From NCBI GenBank assembly GCA_963757605.1, contig CAVWSF010000002.1:214317-278316 (forward strand): a stretch of 64,000 nt of DNA. Direction: 5' to 3'. The translations under genes and the position numbers were made by a program. The notes beneath the pieces are model-generated. The model was not told the DNA's origin. It searched no databases and saw only the letters and a list, made by a program, of their open reading frames with translations. This DNA comes from an uncultured Actinomycetes bacterium (GTDB lineage: Bacteria > Actinomycetota > Thermoleophilia > Gaiellales > JAICJC01). Shown here piece by piece: positions 52,941 to 62,691 of the stretch; within the stretch, counting starts at the first letter, position 1; the number at the start of each line of letters is the position of its first letter.

Positions 52941-54593
52941 TTAAGCGGCAGCGGCGTGCCGGCCGTGGTCGCCGACCAGCTCGCAGACGACCTCGACGAC
53001 AGCCGGGTCGAACTGGGAGCCCGAGCACCGGCGCAGCTCCGCCAGCGCCGCGGTGGCTGAGCGGGCCCGCTGGTAGGGCTGGTCGGTCGTCATCCGCACA
53101 TACGCGTCGCAGACGCCGATGATGCGTGCGCCGAGCGGGATGGCCGCGCCGGGGATCCGGTCCGGATAGCCGTTCCCGTCGAAGCGCTCGTGGCTCGCGC
53201 GCACGAGGTCGGCCGTCCGCGCGAGCGCCGGCGCGGCGCGGACGATCCGCTCCCCGATCTTCGGGTGCCGGCGCATGATCTCGCGCTCGTCGTCGTCGAG
53301 CGGGCCGGGCTTGGTCAGGATCGCATCCGGCACGGCGGCCTGGCCGACGTCGTGGAGCTCGGCCGCGAGCTCGACGCGCTTCACCTCGTGGTGGGGCAGG
53401 TGCATCGCCCGCGCGGTCGCAGCGGCCAGCTGCGAGACCTCGAGCAAGTGCCCGTGCAGGTCGGCGCCGCGCTCGCGCAGCACCTGGACGAGGACGTCCG
53501 TGCTCTGGCGGCTGGCGGACGAGCGGCCGGTCTTGCGGTCGTACAGCCGGTGGTCGACGAGCCGCAGGGCCTGCTCCATCGACTGGGCCTCGGCCGGGAT
53601 CGAGGCGGTGCCGTAGGAGCACTCGATCACGACGCCGTCGATCGCCTCCGAGAGCGCCTTCGCGGCCAGGTCGGCGGTCGCGAACGGGTCGTGGTTCACG
53701 TCGGACGGCATGAGGACGCAGAACTCGTCGCCACCCATCCGGTAGGCCTTCGCCCGGCCCGCCATCGCATCGGCCAGGTGGCGGCCGAGGCGCGTGAGGA
53801 GGGCGTCGCCGGCAGGATGGCCGAACGTGTCGTTGTACTGCTTGAAGCCGTCGAGGTCGAAGAGCCCGAGCATGTGCGGCCCGGCGAGCTTCGTGTCCGG
53901 CGTGAAGAGCACGGACAGGTCGTTCACGAGCGCCCGCCGGTTCGGGAGGCCGGTGAGCGCGTCGGTCAGCGCCTCGGCACGGCTGGCGGCGAGGAGGCGC
54001 TCGTTCTCGCGGGCGAGCCGTGCGGCCGTCGCGTGCGCCGCCGACGACCGCAGGAAGAAGAACGCGAATGCGCCCAGGAGCAGCGCGATCGCGGCGATCG
54101 ACCCGTCGGTCACCTTGCCCTGGGCGTCCGCCGCCCGCTGGGCGTATGCACGGCTCGCCGCATCGAGGAGCCTGGTGATCTGGGTCGTGCTGCGACCGGC
54201 CTCGCTCGCGAGCACGTCGGCCTCTGGGCCGTAGCTCTGGCCGTACGCGCCCATGCGGTAGATCTGCTCGAGGGACGTGTAGTCGGAGTTGAGCGGCGTC
54301 AGGATCCCTTCGAGCGCCTTCGGGGGCGAGTCGGCCTGGAGGGCGGCCAGCTCCCGCGTGATCGCGGTCATCTGGGCGTTCATCTCGCGACGCGCGACCA
54401 CCGGCGACCCTCCGGTCTTCGGGTTCGCGTGGAAGGGCGTCACCTGGAGCGCGTTCAGCTCCACCTTGACCTCGGCGAGCGAGAGCTGGGCCTTCGTGCT
54501 CTGCGTTGCGCCGCCCTGGAGATGCAGGATCGCGGCGATTGCAGCGATCCCGAGAATCAGGACCACGACGAGAGACGTCTTCTTGCCGAACAT
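52941..54593 (-). CDS. Membrane-anchored GGDEF + HD-GYP c-di-GMP enzyme
   Basis: Two TM with an extracytoplasmic loop; DALTGLPNRR, DLDGFKQYND, RMGGDEF; LHDVG, HERFDGNGYP. Confidence 0.9.
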   Translation of the reverse strand: MFGKKTSLVVVLILGIAAIAAILHLQGGATQSTKAQLSLAEVKVELNALQVTPFHANPKTGGSPVVARREMNAQMTAITRELAALQADSPPKALEGILTPLNSDYTSLEQIYRMGAYGQSYGPEADVLASEAGRSTTQITRLLDAASRAYAQRAADAQGKVTDGSIAAIALLLGAFAFFFLRSSAAHATAARLARENERLLAASRAEALTDALTGLPNRRALVNDLSVLFTPDTKLAGPHMLGLFDLDGFKQYNDTFGHPAGDALLTRLGRHLADAMAGRAKAYRMGGDEFCVLMPSDVNHDPFATADLAAKALSEAIDGVVIECSYGTASIPAEAQSMEQALRLVDHRLYDRKTGRSSASRQSTDVLVQVLRERGADLHGHLLEVSQLAAATARAMHLPHHEVKRVELAAELHDVGQAAVPDAILTKPGPLDDDEREIMRRHPKIGERIVRAAPALARTADLVRASHERFDGNGYPDRIPGAAIPLGARIIGVCDAYVRMTTDQPYQRARSATAALAELRRCSGSQFDPAVVEVVCELVGDHGRHAAAA

Positions 54594-54601
54594 CCTCCCG
54601 G

Positions 54602-55462
54602 TTATCGTCGCTCTGGGAGCCGCGTTGAGGCGGGTTCGCGGTGCAGCGCGACGCCGACGACCACCAGCCCGACCCCGGCAACGTCGGCCGCGGTCGGCAC
54701 CTGCCCGAGCACGATCAGGCCGATCGCCGTCGCGGTGGCGGGAAGGAGCGAGACGAGCAGGGCGTAGGTCGGCCGCGGCAGCCGCGCCATCGCGAGCTGG
54801 TCGCAGATGTAGGGGATCACCGACGATGTGACACCGACGCCGATTCCCGCGGCGAGGAGCGCCGGGTCGGTGAGCGCCACCCGGGCCGCCGGTGCCGCGG
54901 GCATGACCGCCACCGCCGCCGCCAGCATCGCCCCCGCGAGGCCGTCGATCCCGGCGATCCCGGGGCTTCGAGCGACGCGGTGGGCCGCCACGATGTAGGC
55001 GGCGAACAGCCCGGCGTTCACGAACGCGAGCGCCACGCCGACGAGCGTGCCGCCGCCGAGTTGGACGTGGGTGACCGCGTAGACACCGGCGGCGGCCAGG
55101 ACGAGCGCGGCGGCGTTCCGCAGCGTGCGCATGCCGAGCGCGGCGAGCACGATCACTGGCAGGAACTCGATCGCGGCGACGGTGCCCAGCGGCAGGTGGT
55201 CGATGGCGGTGTAGAAGCTGGCGTTCATCGCCGCCAGGATGCAGCCCATGAGCACGACCAGCCGGCGGATCTCCGAGCCGGTCGCCGCGAGCGCCCGCCA
55301 CGGCCGCCGCCAGGCGCCCAGGATCACCGCCGCGCTCACGATCCGAAGCCACGCCACGCCCTGCGGCTCGACCCGCGTGAAGAGCAGCACGGCGAACGCG
55401 GGGCCGAGGTAGTGGAAGACGGCGCTCCCGACGAAGTAGCCGGACGGCGGGAACCGGCGCAT
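54602..55462 (-). CDS. EamA/RhtA-like DMT exporter
   Basis: G.AFA..LF, MNASFY.AI..LPLGT..AIEF, SSVIPY; ATG 55462. Confidence 0.88.
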   Translation of the reverse strand: MRRFPPSGYFVGSAVFHYLGPAFAVLLFTRVEPQGVAWLRIVSAAVILGAWRRPWRALAATGSEIRRLVVLMGCILAAMNASFYTAIDHLPLGTVAAIEFLPVIVLAALGMRTLRNAAALVLAAAGVYAVTHVQLGGGTLVGVALAFVNAGLFAAYIVAAHRVARSPGIAGIDGLAGAMLAAAVAVMPAAPAARVALTDPALLAAGIGVGVTSSVIPYICDQLAMARLPRPTYALLVSLLPATATAIGLIVLGQVPTAADVAGVGLVVVGVALHREPASTRLPERR

Positions 55463-55519
55463 GCCCGAAATTCTGACCGCGTGCTTGCGGCACAGACAGG
55501 GGTGAGATACGGTCTTCGC

Positions 55520-56029
55520 GTGAGTTCGCCTTCGGAACGACGGCATCGGCGCTCGTCGGCTTACGATGGTCCGCTGCTCGACGAGATCGACCGGCGCCTC
55601 CTGACCGAGCTCCAGGACGACGGGCGGGTGACGATGGCTGAGCTCGGGCGGCGCGTGAACCTGTCGGCGCCGGCGGTGGGCGAGCGCGTCCAGCGCATGG
55701 AGGAGACCGGCGTCATCACCGGCTACGCCGCCCAGGTCGACCCCAAGGCGATCGGCTACCCGATCGCGGCGGTCGTGCGGATCCGGCCTGCGCGGCGGCA
55801 GCTGCACAAGGTGCCCGAGGTCGCACGGTCGACGCCGGAGGTGGTCGAGTGCCATCGCGTCACCGGCGAGGACTGCTACATCGCGAAGCTCCACCTGCGC
55901 TCGATGGACGACCTGGAGGGGATCCTCGACCGCTTCGCCGCCGTCGGGCAGACGACGACCTCGATCGTGCACTCCGCGCCGGTCGCGTCGCGGCCGCTGC
56001 CGCTCGTCGACGAGCCGGAGGATGGCTAG
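55520..56029 (+). CDS. Lrp/AsnC family regulator
   Basis: LDEIDRRLL.ELQ.DGR....ELGRRVNLS, ECHRVTGEDC; divergent from the exporter. Confidence 0.93.
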   Translation: MSSPSERRHRRSSAYDGPLLDEIDRRLLTELQDDGRVTMAELGRRVNLSAPAVGERVQRMEETGVITGYAAQVDPKAIGYPIAAVVRIRPARRQLHKVPEVARSTPEVVECHRVTGEDCYIAKLHLRSMDDLEGILDRFAAVGQTTTSIVHSAPVASRPLPLVDEPEDG

Positions 56030-56067
56030 GCACCACCGCGTGGCCCGCGGTGTGCGACGATTCGGAC

Positions 56068-56250
56068 GTGGCGCTCACTCCCCGGCAGCAGAAGAAGCGG
56101 CAGATGGTGCGGACCGGCTACGCCGGGATCGCGGTGGGAGCTCTCCTCGTGATCCTCGCGGTAACTGGCGCCGGGCTCCTGCTCGGCCTGATCGGCGCGA
56201 TCGTGCTTGTCGTATCGGGGTGGGCGACGCGAGCACTGCGTGATCTCTGA
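56068..56250 (+). CDS. Small two-TM membrane protein
   Basis: 60 aa, basic N-terminus then hydrophobic hairpin; overlaps the MFS start. Confidence 0.55.
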   Translation: MALTPRQQKKRQMVRTGYAGIAVGALLVILAVTGAGLLLGLIGAIVLVVSGWATRALRDL

Positions 56251-57466
56251 AGCTGCCCTCTCGCCGGCGCTCGTCCGCCGGAACACGATCCTCCTCGCCG
56301 CGACGCTCACCTGCCTGAGCGGGATGCTCCAGCTCGTCGTCGCGGTGTCCACGATCACGCTCGTCCTCGTGACGGGCATCGAGTCGATCCTGGGCCTCGG
56401 GCCCGCCGTCTTCCTGGCGTCCTCGGCGGTCGCGGCTCTTCCGGCGGGGCGGGCGATGGACCGGCATCGGCGCGTGCCGGTCGTCGCCTTCGGCTGCGTG
56501 CTCGGCATCGTCGGGTGCATCACGGCCGCTGCGGGCGCAGGGCTCGAGTCCGCGCCGCTCGTCCTCGTCGGGTTCGTGATGATCGGCGGGTCGAGCGGGA
56601 CCGTGCTCCTGGTGCGGGCCGCGGCCGCCGACCTCTACCCGCCCGAGCGCCGGGCCCGCGGCATCTCCTACGTGCTCTTCGGCTCGCTCTTCGGTGCCGC
56701 GCTCGGGCCGCTCGTCTTCCGGCCGCTGCTCTCGGGCCGCCACCTCGATTCGGGCGACCTCGTCATCCCGTACCTCGCAGCGGGGGCGATCATGGTGGTC
56801 GGGCTGTGCATCATCCTCCAGGTGCGGCCCGACCCGAAGGTGTTCGCGGCCGCCACCGCTCGGGCGCATCCGGACCACGCCGCCGGTCCACCGCCGCCGC
56901 TCTCGGAGGTGCTGGCGCGGCCGGGTACCATCGCCGCGGTGCTCGCCGCCGTGACGAGCTTCGCCGTGATGGTCTCGGTGATGAACCTGGCCGGCTACGT
57001 CGTGGTCGGAAACGGCCATGCCGAGGCGGACATCTTCACCGTCATCAGCTTCCACATCATCGGCATGTACTCGCTCGTGCTCGTCATCGGCGACATGATC
57101 GACCGGACGGGCCGGATGCCCGCGCTCATCGGCGGGCTGCTGGTGATGGCCGTTTCGGCGCTGGGCCTCGGGTGGCACTCGAGCGTGCTGTGGACGTCGT
57201 TCTGCCTCTTCGGCGTCGGCCTCGGCTGGAACGTGTCCTACGTTGCGGCCTCCGCCCACCTGGCCGACGTCGCTGCACCGTCGGAGCGGGGCCGTCTGAT
57301 CGGCTTCACCGACCTCCTCTCGGGCTTCACGGGCGCCGCGCTCGCGCTGGCGGGCGGCGCCGCCTACTCGGCGTTCGGCGTGCTCGCCATCGCCCTCGGA
57401 GCGACCCTGATCGCGATCGCCCCGATCCCGCTCATGCTCGCGCGCCGCCAGCCCGCGGTGGCCTGA
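56240..57466 (+). CDS. MFS transporter
   Basis: ~12 TM, GRAMDRHRR and GDMIDRTGR motif A loops. Confidence 0.9.
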   Translation: MISEAALSPALVRRNTILLAATLTCLSGMLQLVVAVSTITLVLVTGIESILGLGPAVFLASSAVAALPAGRAMDRHRRVPVVAFGCVLGIVGCITAAAGAGLESAPLVLVGFVMIGGSSGTVLLVRAAAADLYPPERRARGISYVLFGSLFGAALGPLVFRPLLSGRHLDSGDLVIPYLAAGAIMVVGLCIILQVRPDPKVFAAATARAHPDHAAGPPPPLSEVLARPGTIAAVLAAVTSFAVMVSVMNLAGYVVVGNGHAEADIFTVISFHIIGMYSLVLVIGDMIDRTGRMPALIGGLLVMAVSALGLGWHSSVLWTSFCLFGVGLGWNVSYVAASAHLADVAAPSERGRLIGFTDLLSGFTGAALALAGGAAYSAFGVLAIALGATLIAIAPIPLMLARRQPAVA

Positions 57467-57566
57467 CGCTCACGCCGCCTCGGCGATCCGCTCGAGGGCC
57501 GGCGTCAAGCTCCGGGCCCGGTCGGCCAGGGTTCGGCGTGAGCGTCCGGCTGCCGCTGGAGGCCGC

Positions 57567-58123
57567 GTGACCACCGTCCTCGTGGCCGACGATCAGGCGC
57601 TCGTGCGGGGCGGGTTCCGGCTCATGCTCGACGCCCAGGACGACATCGACGTGGTCGGCGAGGCCGAGGACGGGCGCGGCGGTGGCGCGCGTCGCGGAGT
57701 TGCGCCCGGATGTCGTTCTGATGGACGTCCGCATGCCGGTCATGGGTTTCTCCTGAAGAGCGCTCCGCCGGCGCAGCTGATCGAGGCCGTGCGGACGGTC
57801 GCGGCCGGCGACGCGCTCCTCGCCCCGGCGATCACGCGCCGCCTGGTGGAGGAGTTCGTGCGCGGCCCGCGCCCGGGCGACGCCGTGCCGCCCGGGTTGC
57901 AGGAGCTGACCGACCGCGAGCGCGAGGTGCTCGAGCTCATGGCCCAGGGGCTCTCGATGGCGAGATCGCCGACCGGTTCGTGGTCAGCGCCGCCACCGTG
58001 AAGACCCATGTGAACCGCGTGTTCGCGAAGCTCGGCCTGCGCGACCGCGTCCAGGCGGTCGTGCTCGCGTACGAGTCGGGGCTCGTCCGCCCGGGCCAGC
58101 AGGCCGGCGACTCGGCTACTTGA
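57567..58123 (+). pseudogene. NarL/LuxR-type response regulator, internally deleted and frameshifted
   Basis: VADDQALVRGG, LMDVRMP joined directly to GFLLKSAP, LTDREREVL, TVKTHVNRV..KLGLRDRVQAV. Confidence 0.8.
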
Positions 58124-58763
58124 CCACGCGGTAGCGCAGGTGCGTCGCCGCCGGTGACGCCGGCATCGGCAGCGGCTCGAGCTTCAGCGCGCGCCCGTCG
58201 ATCCCGTCGAAGAGCCGCGTCCCCGCACCGAGGAAGACCGGCGACACGTGGATCGTGAGCTCGTCGAAGCGGCCGGCGTTCAGCACCTGCTGCACGACGT
58301 CGGCGCCTCCGGCGACGTGGACAGCACGATCGCCGGCGGCCTCCTCGGCCCGGTCGAGCGCGGCCTCGATCCCGTCGGTCACGAAGTGGAACGTGGTGTC
58401 GCCCTGCATCTCGAGGTCGTCGCGGGCGTGGTTCGTGAGCACGAAGACCGGCACGTGGAACGGCGGGTCGTCGCCCCACCAGCCGCGGCCGTTCGGGTCG
58501 GACTCCCATGGGCCCTCGCCGCCGCTGAACATGCGCCGGCCCATGACGACGGCGCCGTATGAGGCCACGTACTCGGCAACGAGGTCGGAGTCCGGCCCGG
58601 TCTCGCCGCCCTCCAGCCCGTGCTCCGCGCGCCACGCCGCGAGCCCGAACACCCACTCGTGGAGCTCCTCGCCGCGCTTGCCGAGCGGATCCTCCAGCGA
58701 GGGATCGGGCCCGGCCACGAACCCATCGAGGGACATGCTGATGTCGAGCGTGATGCGTGCCAT
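58116..58763 (-). CDS. Dihydrofolate reductase-like (RibD C-terminal domain) protein
   Basis: MSLDGFVAG, VMGRRMF, VAGGA, DEL...V.PV.LG.G.RLF. Confidence 0.9.
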   Translation of the reverse strand: MARITLDISMSLDGFVAGPDPSLEDPLGKRGEELHEWVFGLAAWRAEHGLEGGETGPDSDLVAEYVASYGAVVMGRRMFSGGEGPWESDPNGRGWWGDDPPFHVPVFVLTNHARDDLEMQGDTTFHFVTDGIEAALDRAEEAAGDRAVHVAGGADVVQQVLNAGRFDELTIHVSPVFLGAGTRLFDGIDGRALKLEPLPMPASPAATHLRYRVVK

Positions 58764-58797
58764 GGTCGCCTCCCGGCGTGTCGGATGGTCTCGCAGC

Positions 58798-58828
58798 TAT
58801 AGACCGCGGCGTGGGCGGGAACTCATCG
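58798..58828 (-). promoter_or_regulatory. ECF sigma (SigG/ECF56-type) promoter
   Basis: CGATGA-N18-GTCTATA on the minus strand upstream of the DHFR-like gene. Confidence 0.6.
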
Positions 58829-59884
58829 ACCGGCGGCGACGCGAGCCGTCTCGGCCCTGACCGTCGCCGCGCCGGCCACCATCGCCTCGAGCTTGCGGTA
58901 GGCGACGGCCCGGGGCAGGTACTTCATGCCGCAGTCGGGCGCCGCCGTGAGCTCGTCGGGGCGCTTGTACGGAAGCGCCTTTCGGATGCGGGCGGCGACC
59001 GTCTCGGGCGACTCCACCGCGTGCGATTCGAGGTCGATCACGCCCAGGATGATGCGCTTGTCGGGCAGGGACTCGAGGATGGCCGCGTCGAGGTCCGACT
59101 GGGCCGTCTCGATCGAGATGTGGTCGCACGGCGCATCCGCGAGCTCGGGCAGGAACGAGTAGGCCTCGGGGCGCTCGTGGATGATCGCCGCGTAGCCGAA
59201 GCAGATGTGGACGGCGGTCGTGCCCTCGATCCCGTCCAGGGCGCGCCGCAGCGCGGCGAGCCCGAACTCGCGCGCCTTCTCGGGCCGGGCCTGCATGTAG
59301 GGCTCGTCGATCTGGACGATGTCGGCGCCAGCCGCGAAGTGGTCGGCGATCTCGTCGCGCACCGCCCCGGCATACGCCAGCGCCAGCTCGGCCTCGGACT
59401 CGTAGAAGTCGTTCTGGGCCTGCTGCGACATCGTGAACGGGCCGGGCACGGTCATCTTGATCGGCTTCGACGTGTTCGAGCGCAGGAACTGGACGTCGCG
59501 CACCTGCACCGGATGGCGGCGCTCGACCGGGCCGACGACGCGCGGCACCGCGTTGGGGTGGCCGCTTCGGTCGAGCGCCGTCCCGGGGTTGTCGACGTCG
59601 ACGCCCGAGAGCGCCGTCGCGAAGCGGTTGGAGTAGCTCTCCCGCCGCTGCTCGCCGTCGGTGATGATGTCGAGCCCGGCCCGCTCCTGGTCGCGGATCG
59701 CGACGAGCGTGGCGTCGTCCTGGGCTTCCTCCAGATACTGCGGGTCGATCCGCCACAGCTCCTTCGCGCGCACCCGCGGCGGGAACCGGTGCCGGAGCCG
59801 CTCGCGGTCGATCAGCCAGTCGGGCTGCGCGTAGGATCCGACGAGGCTGGTGGGGAGGGCGCTGGGGGTGGGGGCGGACACCAC
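58823..59884 (-). CDS. Cobalamin-independent methionine synthase family, single domain (MetE C-terminus-like)
   Basis: TSLVGSY, ITDGEQRR, QIDEP, HICFG, PDCG zinc ligands. Confidence 0.88.
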   Translation of the reverse strand: MVSAPTPSALPTSLVGSYAQPDWLIDRERLRHRFPPRVRAKELWRIDPQYLEEAQDDATLVAIRDQERAGLDIITDGEQRRESYSNRFATALSGVDVDNPGTALDRSGHPNAVPRVVGPVERRHPVQVRDVQFLRSNTSKPIKMTVPGPFTMSQQAQNDFYESEAELALAYAGAVRDEIADHFAAGADIVQIDEPYMQARPEKAREFGLAALRRALDGIEGTTAVHICFGYAAIIHERPEAYSFLPELADAPCDHISIETAQSDLDAAILESLPDKRIILGVIDLESHAVESPETVAARIRKALPYKRPDELTAAPDCGMKYLPRAVAYRKLEAMVAGAATVRAETARVAAGR

Positions 59885-59911
59885 CCCCAACGCTACACGG
59901 CTCGGTGACCG

Positions 59912-60268
59912 CTAGGTCGCGAGCCGACCGCGGCGGACGATGACCCGCTCGCCGAGGATCATCATGACGAGCGCGAGCGCCACGACGCCCATCACCGGGA
60001 ACGTCCAGTCGATGCCGCCGTCGGTCGCGATGGCCCGGCCGGTCACAGCGGTCGTGTGCTGTTCGACGGGGTTCGCGAGCGGCGTGTCGTGCACCCAGGC
60101 GCCGCGGTTGCCGGTCTGCGGCACGTAGTCGACGATGCGGGTGACGGTGATCTTCGGAGCCACGTGCGGGTACAGCCCGTAGGCCTGCGCCTGGGCGGCC
60201 GGGGCGATGAGGCCGGCCGTCGCGACGACGACGGCGATGGTCGAGACGGTGCACGCGATGCGAGACAT
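59912..60268 (-). CDS. Small exported protein with a C-terminal TM anchor
   Basis: Signal peptide (AQA), C-terminal hydrophobic helix plus RRGR tail; GAGGAGGAG RBS. Confidence 0.65.
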   Translation of the reverse strand: MSRIACTVSTIAVVVATAGLIAPAAQAQAYGLYPHVAPKITVTRIVDYVPQTGNRGAWVHDTPLANPVEQHTTAVTGRAIATDGGIDWTFPVMGVVALALVMMILGERVIVRRGRLAT

Positions 60269-60370
60269 CTGGATCTCCTCCTCAGGGATCGGATGCTCAC
60301 AGGACAGACAACGGGCGCCCGGTCTTCCCGGCCGTGCCCGGGGCCCGTGCGCGAACTAGAGTCGTACCCG

Positions 60371-61441
60371 GTGCCACGTCCTCGATCGCCAGCCGAGGCC
60401 GTGCGCCGGCGAAGCGCCGGCGCCAGTCAGCTGCGCGCCGACGGCGACTGGCAGTTCATCGATCTCGTCTTCGGACCGCTTGCGCGGCTGGGCATCCTCG
60501 TCGTGTGCCTACTGGTCGCCGGGTCGCTCGGATTCGTCATCACCGAGGACACGTCGGTCTGGGGCGGCTTCACGTGGACGCTCGACACGATCGCGACGGT
60601 CGGCTCGGTGCCGGCGCCGGCATCGACCGGCGGTCAGGTGCTGAAGGCGCTCTTGATCGTGCTCGGTGTCGGTACGCTCTACTACGCGCTCGTCTCGGCG
60701 ACCGAGTTCTTTGTCGCCGGCCACGTCACGGGTCTCCTGGACACGCACCGAAGGCAGCGAATGGTCGACGAGATGTCAGAGCACTATCTGGTCTGCGGGT
60801 TCGGCCGCGTGGGACGGCAGGTGGCCCGCGACCTCCAGGCCGCCGGCGCGAGCTATGTCGTGATCGACCGCAACCCGGAGAGCCTCCAGAGGGCGGTGTC
60901 CGCGGGCGTCCCCTGGCTCCAGGGCGACGCGACCGACGAGGAGCTCCTCCTGAAGGCGGGGATCGAGCGCGCACGGGCGCTGATCGCCTGTGTCGACTCC
61001 GACGCGGAGAACGTCTTCATCACGCTGACCGCGCGCGAGCTCCGGCCCGACCTGACCGTGGTCGCCCGCGCGAGCGCCTCGGAGGCCGAGCCGAAGCTCC
61101 GCCGGGCAGGCGCCGAGCGGATCGTGTCCCCCTACAAGTCGAGCGGCTCGGAGATGGCCCGCCTGGCGCTTCATCCGCAGGTGGCGGGGGTCGTCGATGT
61201 GACGCCCGAGTACCGGATGGAGGAGATCGACGTCTCCTCCGGCGCCCCCGGCGCCGGCCGCCCGCTGGCCGAGGTCGCCGGCCCAGCGATCGTTGCGGCG
61301 CTGCGACGGGCGAGCGGCGAGCTCGTCCCCCAGCCACCGCGCGACATCGTCGTCGAGCCGGGGGACGTGCTCATCGTGATGGGGACCGACGAGACGATCG
61401 ACCGCCTCGAGGCCCTGTTCACGCCCGAGCGGGGCGCCTGA
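60371..61441 (+). CDS. Potassium channel protein with RCK (TrkA-N/C) domains
   Basis: Two TM plus pore (TIATVG), CGFGRVG, GDAT, DAENVFI.L.AR, RCK-C. Confidence 0.88.
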   Translation: MPRPRSPAEAVRRRSAGASQLRADGDWQFIDLVFGPLARLGILVVCLLVAGSLGFVITEDTSVWGGFTWTLDTIATVGSVPAPASTGGQVLKALLIVLGVGTLYYALVSATEFFVAGHVTGLLDTHRRQRMVDEMSEHYLVCGFGRVGRQVARDLQAAGASYVVIDRNPESLQRAVSAGVPWLQGDATDEELLLKAGIERARALIACVDSDAENVFITLTARELRPDLTVVARASASEAEPKLRRAGAERIVSPYKSSGSEMARLALHPQVAGVVDVTPEYRMEEIDVSSGAPGAGRPLAEVAGPAIVAALRRASGELVPQPPRDIVVEPGDVLIVMGTDETIDRLEALFTPERGA

Positions 61442-61450
61442 AGAGCGGCG

Positions 61451-61966
61451 TCAGATCCCGAGATCGGGCCGGGCGTAGAACGTGCGCGGTCCCCGCCGCC
61501 ATATGCCGGCCCTGGCGCTCAGCCTGATGTGCCGCTCGCGTTCCAGCCGGCGCAGGCGGCGGGCGCCGATGAGGCGGGTGAAACCGATGGCCGCGGAGAG
61601 GCCTGCCAGGGTGCCCGCTCCTTCGGGCGACGACGAGAAGGCGGAGGCGATGGCCGCGAACACGAGCACCACGGGTCCGGCCGCCACGAGATAGCGAGCC
61701 CTGGACTGGTGGTATGCCCCGATCGGTTGATCCACGCTCTGATCCGCGATCGCCGCCGGATCCGTAAGCGAGGGAACCATCCGGTCGACGAGCAGCCCGA
61801 TAGCCGCCGCGATGACGAATCCCACCGCCGATCGTGGAGCCGAGGCGGAGGTCATGCCCCACACCAGGAGCACCGCGGACAGCGTCAGGAAGAGCACCGC
61901 GTCGATCGTCCACCGGGGAGCGAGGTCGATGATGCAGGGCGGGCCCGTCTGCTCCACGGCGCTCAT
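61451..61966 (-). CDS. Hypothetical membrane protein
   Basis: Four hydrophobic segments; ATGA overlap with TetR. Confidence 0.6.
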   Translation of the reverse strand: MSAVEQTGPPCIIDLAPRWTIDAVLFLTLSAVLLVWGMTSASAPRSAVGFVIAAAIGLLVDRMVPSLTDPAAIADQSVDQPIGAYHQSRARYLVAAGPVVLVFAAIASAFSSSPEGAGTLAGLSAAIGFTRLIGARRLRRLERERHIRLSARAGIWRRGPRTFYARPDLGI

Positions 61967-62628
61967 CGCGCGCGCCGCTTGGGGCCGCCAGGCCGCAGGA
62001 CCTGGGCGCGGGCGGCGTCGCCGGCCCAGCGCTCGTACTCCTCGGGCGTCCAGCCGCGTTCGGCCACCAGGAGCTGCCAGGTGTTCGGATGGTTGATCGT
62101 CCACAGGATGTCGGCGGCCCGGTCGACGTCGAGCCCCGGCGCGAGCCGGCCGTCCTCGTCGAGCCGCTCGGCGATCGCCCGCTGGTTCTCCCGGTATTCG
62201 GTCTGGATCCGATCCCAGAGCGCCCCGATCTCCTCGTCGGCGGGTGCGGCCTCGCGGATCACCTGGGCGATCGCCGACACCCTGAGCTTCCCCTGCGTCG
62301 AGTTGCGCGCGTTCAGCGCGAGCCGCCGGTCCGGGTCGGGCTCGTCGAGCACCTGGCGGTACCAGGCATGCTCGTCGACGGGGCGGGCGTCGTCGCCGCG
62401 AAGCAGCGCGTTCCAGACGGAGCGCAGCACGCCGCCCTTCGTCTCGAACGCCAGGTAGACCGTCTTGAGCGCGACGCCGGCTTCGGCGGCGATCGCAGCC
62501 ATCGTCGTCGCGGCGTAGCCCTGGCGCTCGAAGAGCCGCTGAGCGGCCGCCAGGATGTCGCGCTTCGTGGCGTCCGCCTGCGCCCGCCGCCGGGGCGACT
62601 CGTACCGCCGCTTGACCTTGCCGGCCAT
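61963..62628 (-). CDS. TetR/AcrR family regulator
   Basis: ILAAAQRLFERQGYAATTMAAIAAEAGVALKTVYLAF. Confidence 0.93.
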   Translation of the reverse strand: MAGKVKRRYESPRRRAQADATKRDILAAAQRLFERQGYAATTMAAIAAEAGVALKTVYLAFETKGGVLRSVWNALLRGDDARPVDEHAWYRQVLDEPDPDRRLALNARNSTQGKLRVSAIAQVIREAAPADEEIGALWDRIQTEYRENQRAIAERLDEDGRLAPGLDVDRAADILWTINHPNTWQLLVAERGWTPEEYERWAGDAARAQVLRPGGPKRRAR

Positions 62629-62648
62629 TCCGGTACTCTATCCGAGTC

Positions 62649-62673
62649 TTGACTACACTATCAATGTAGTAAA
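62649..62673. promoter_or_regulatory. Probable TetR operator in the divergent promoter
   Basis: TTGACTACA-N7-TGTAGTAAA imperfect inverted repeat, AT-rich. Confidence 0.6.
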
Positions 62674-62691
62674 CCTCAGAGGAGGTCTGAG

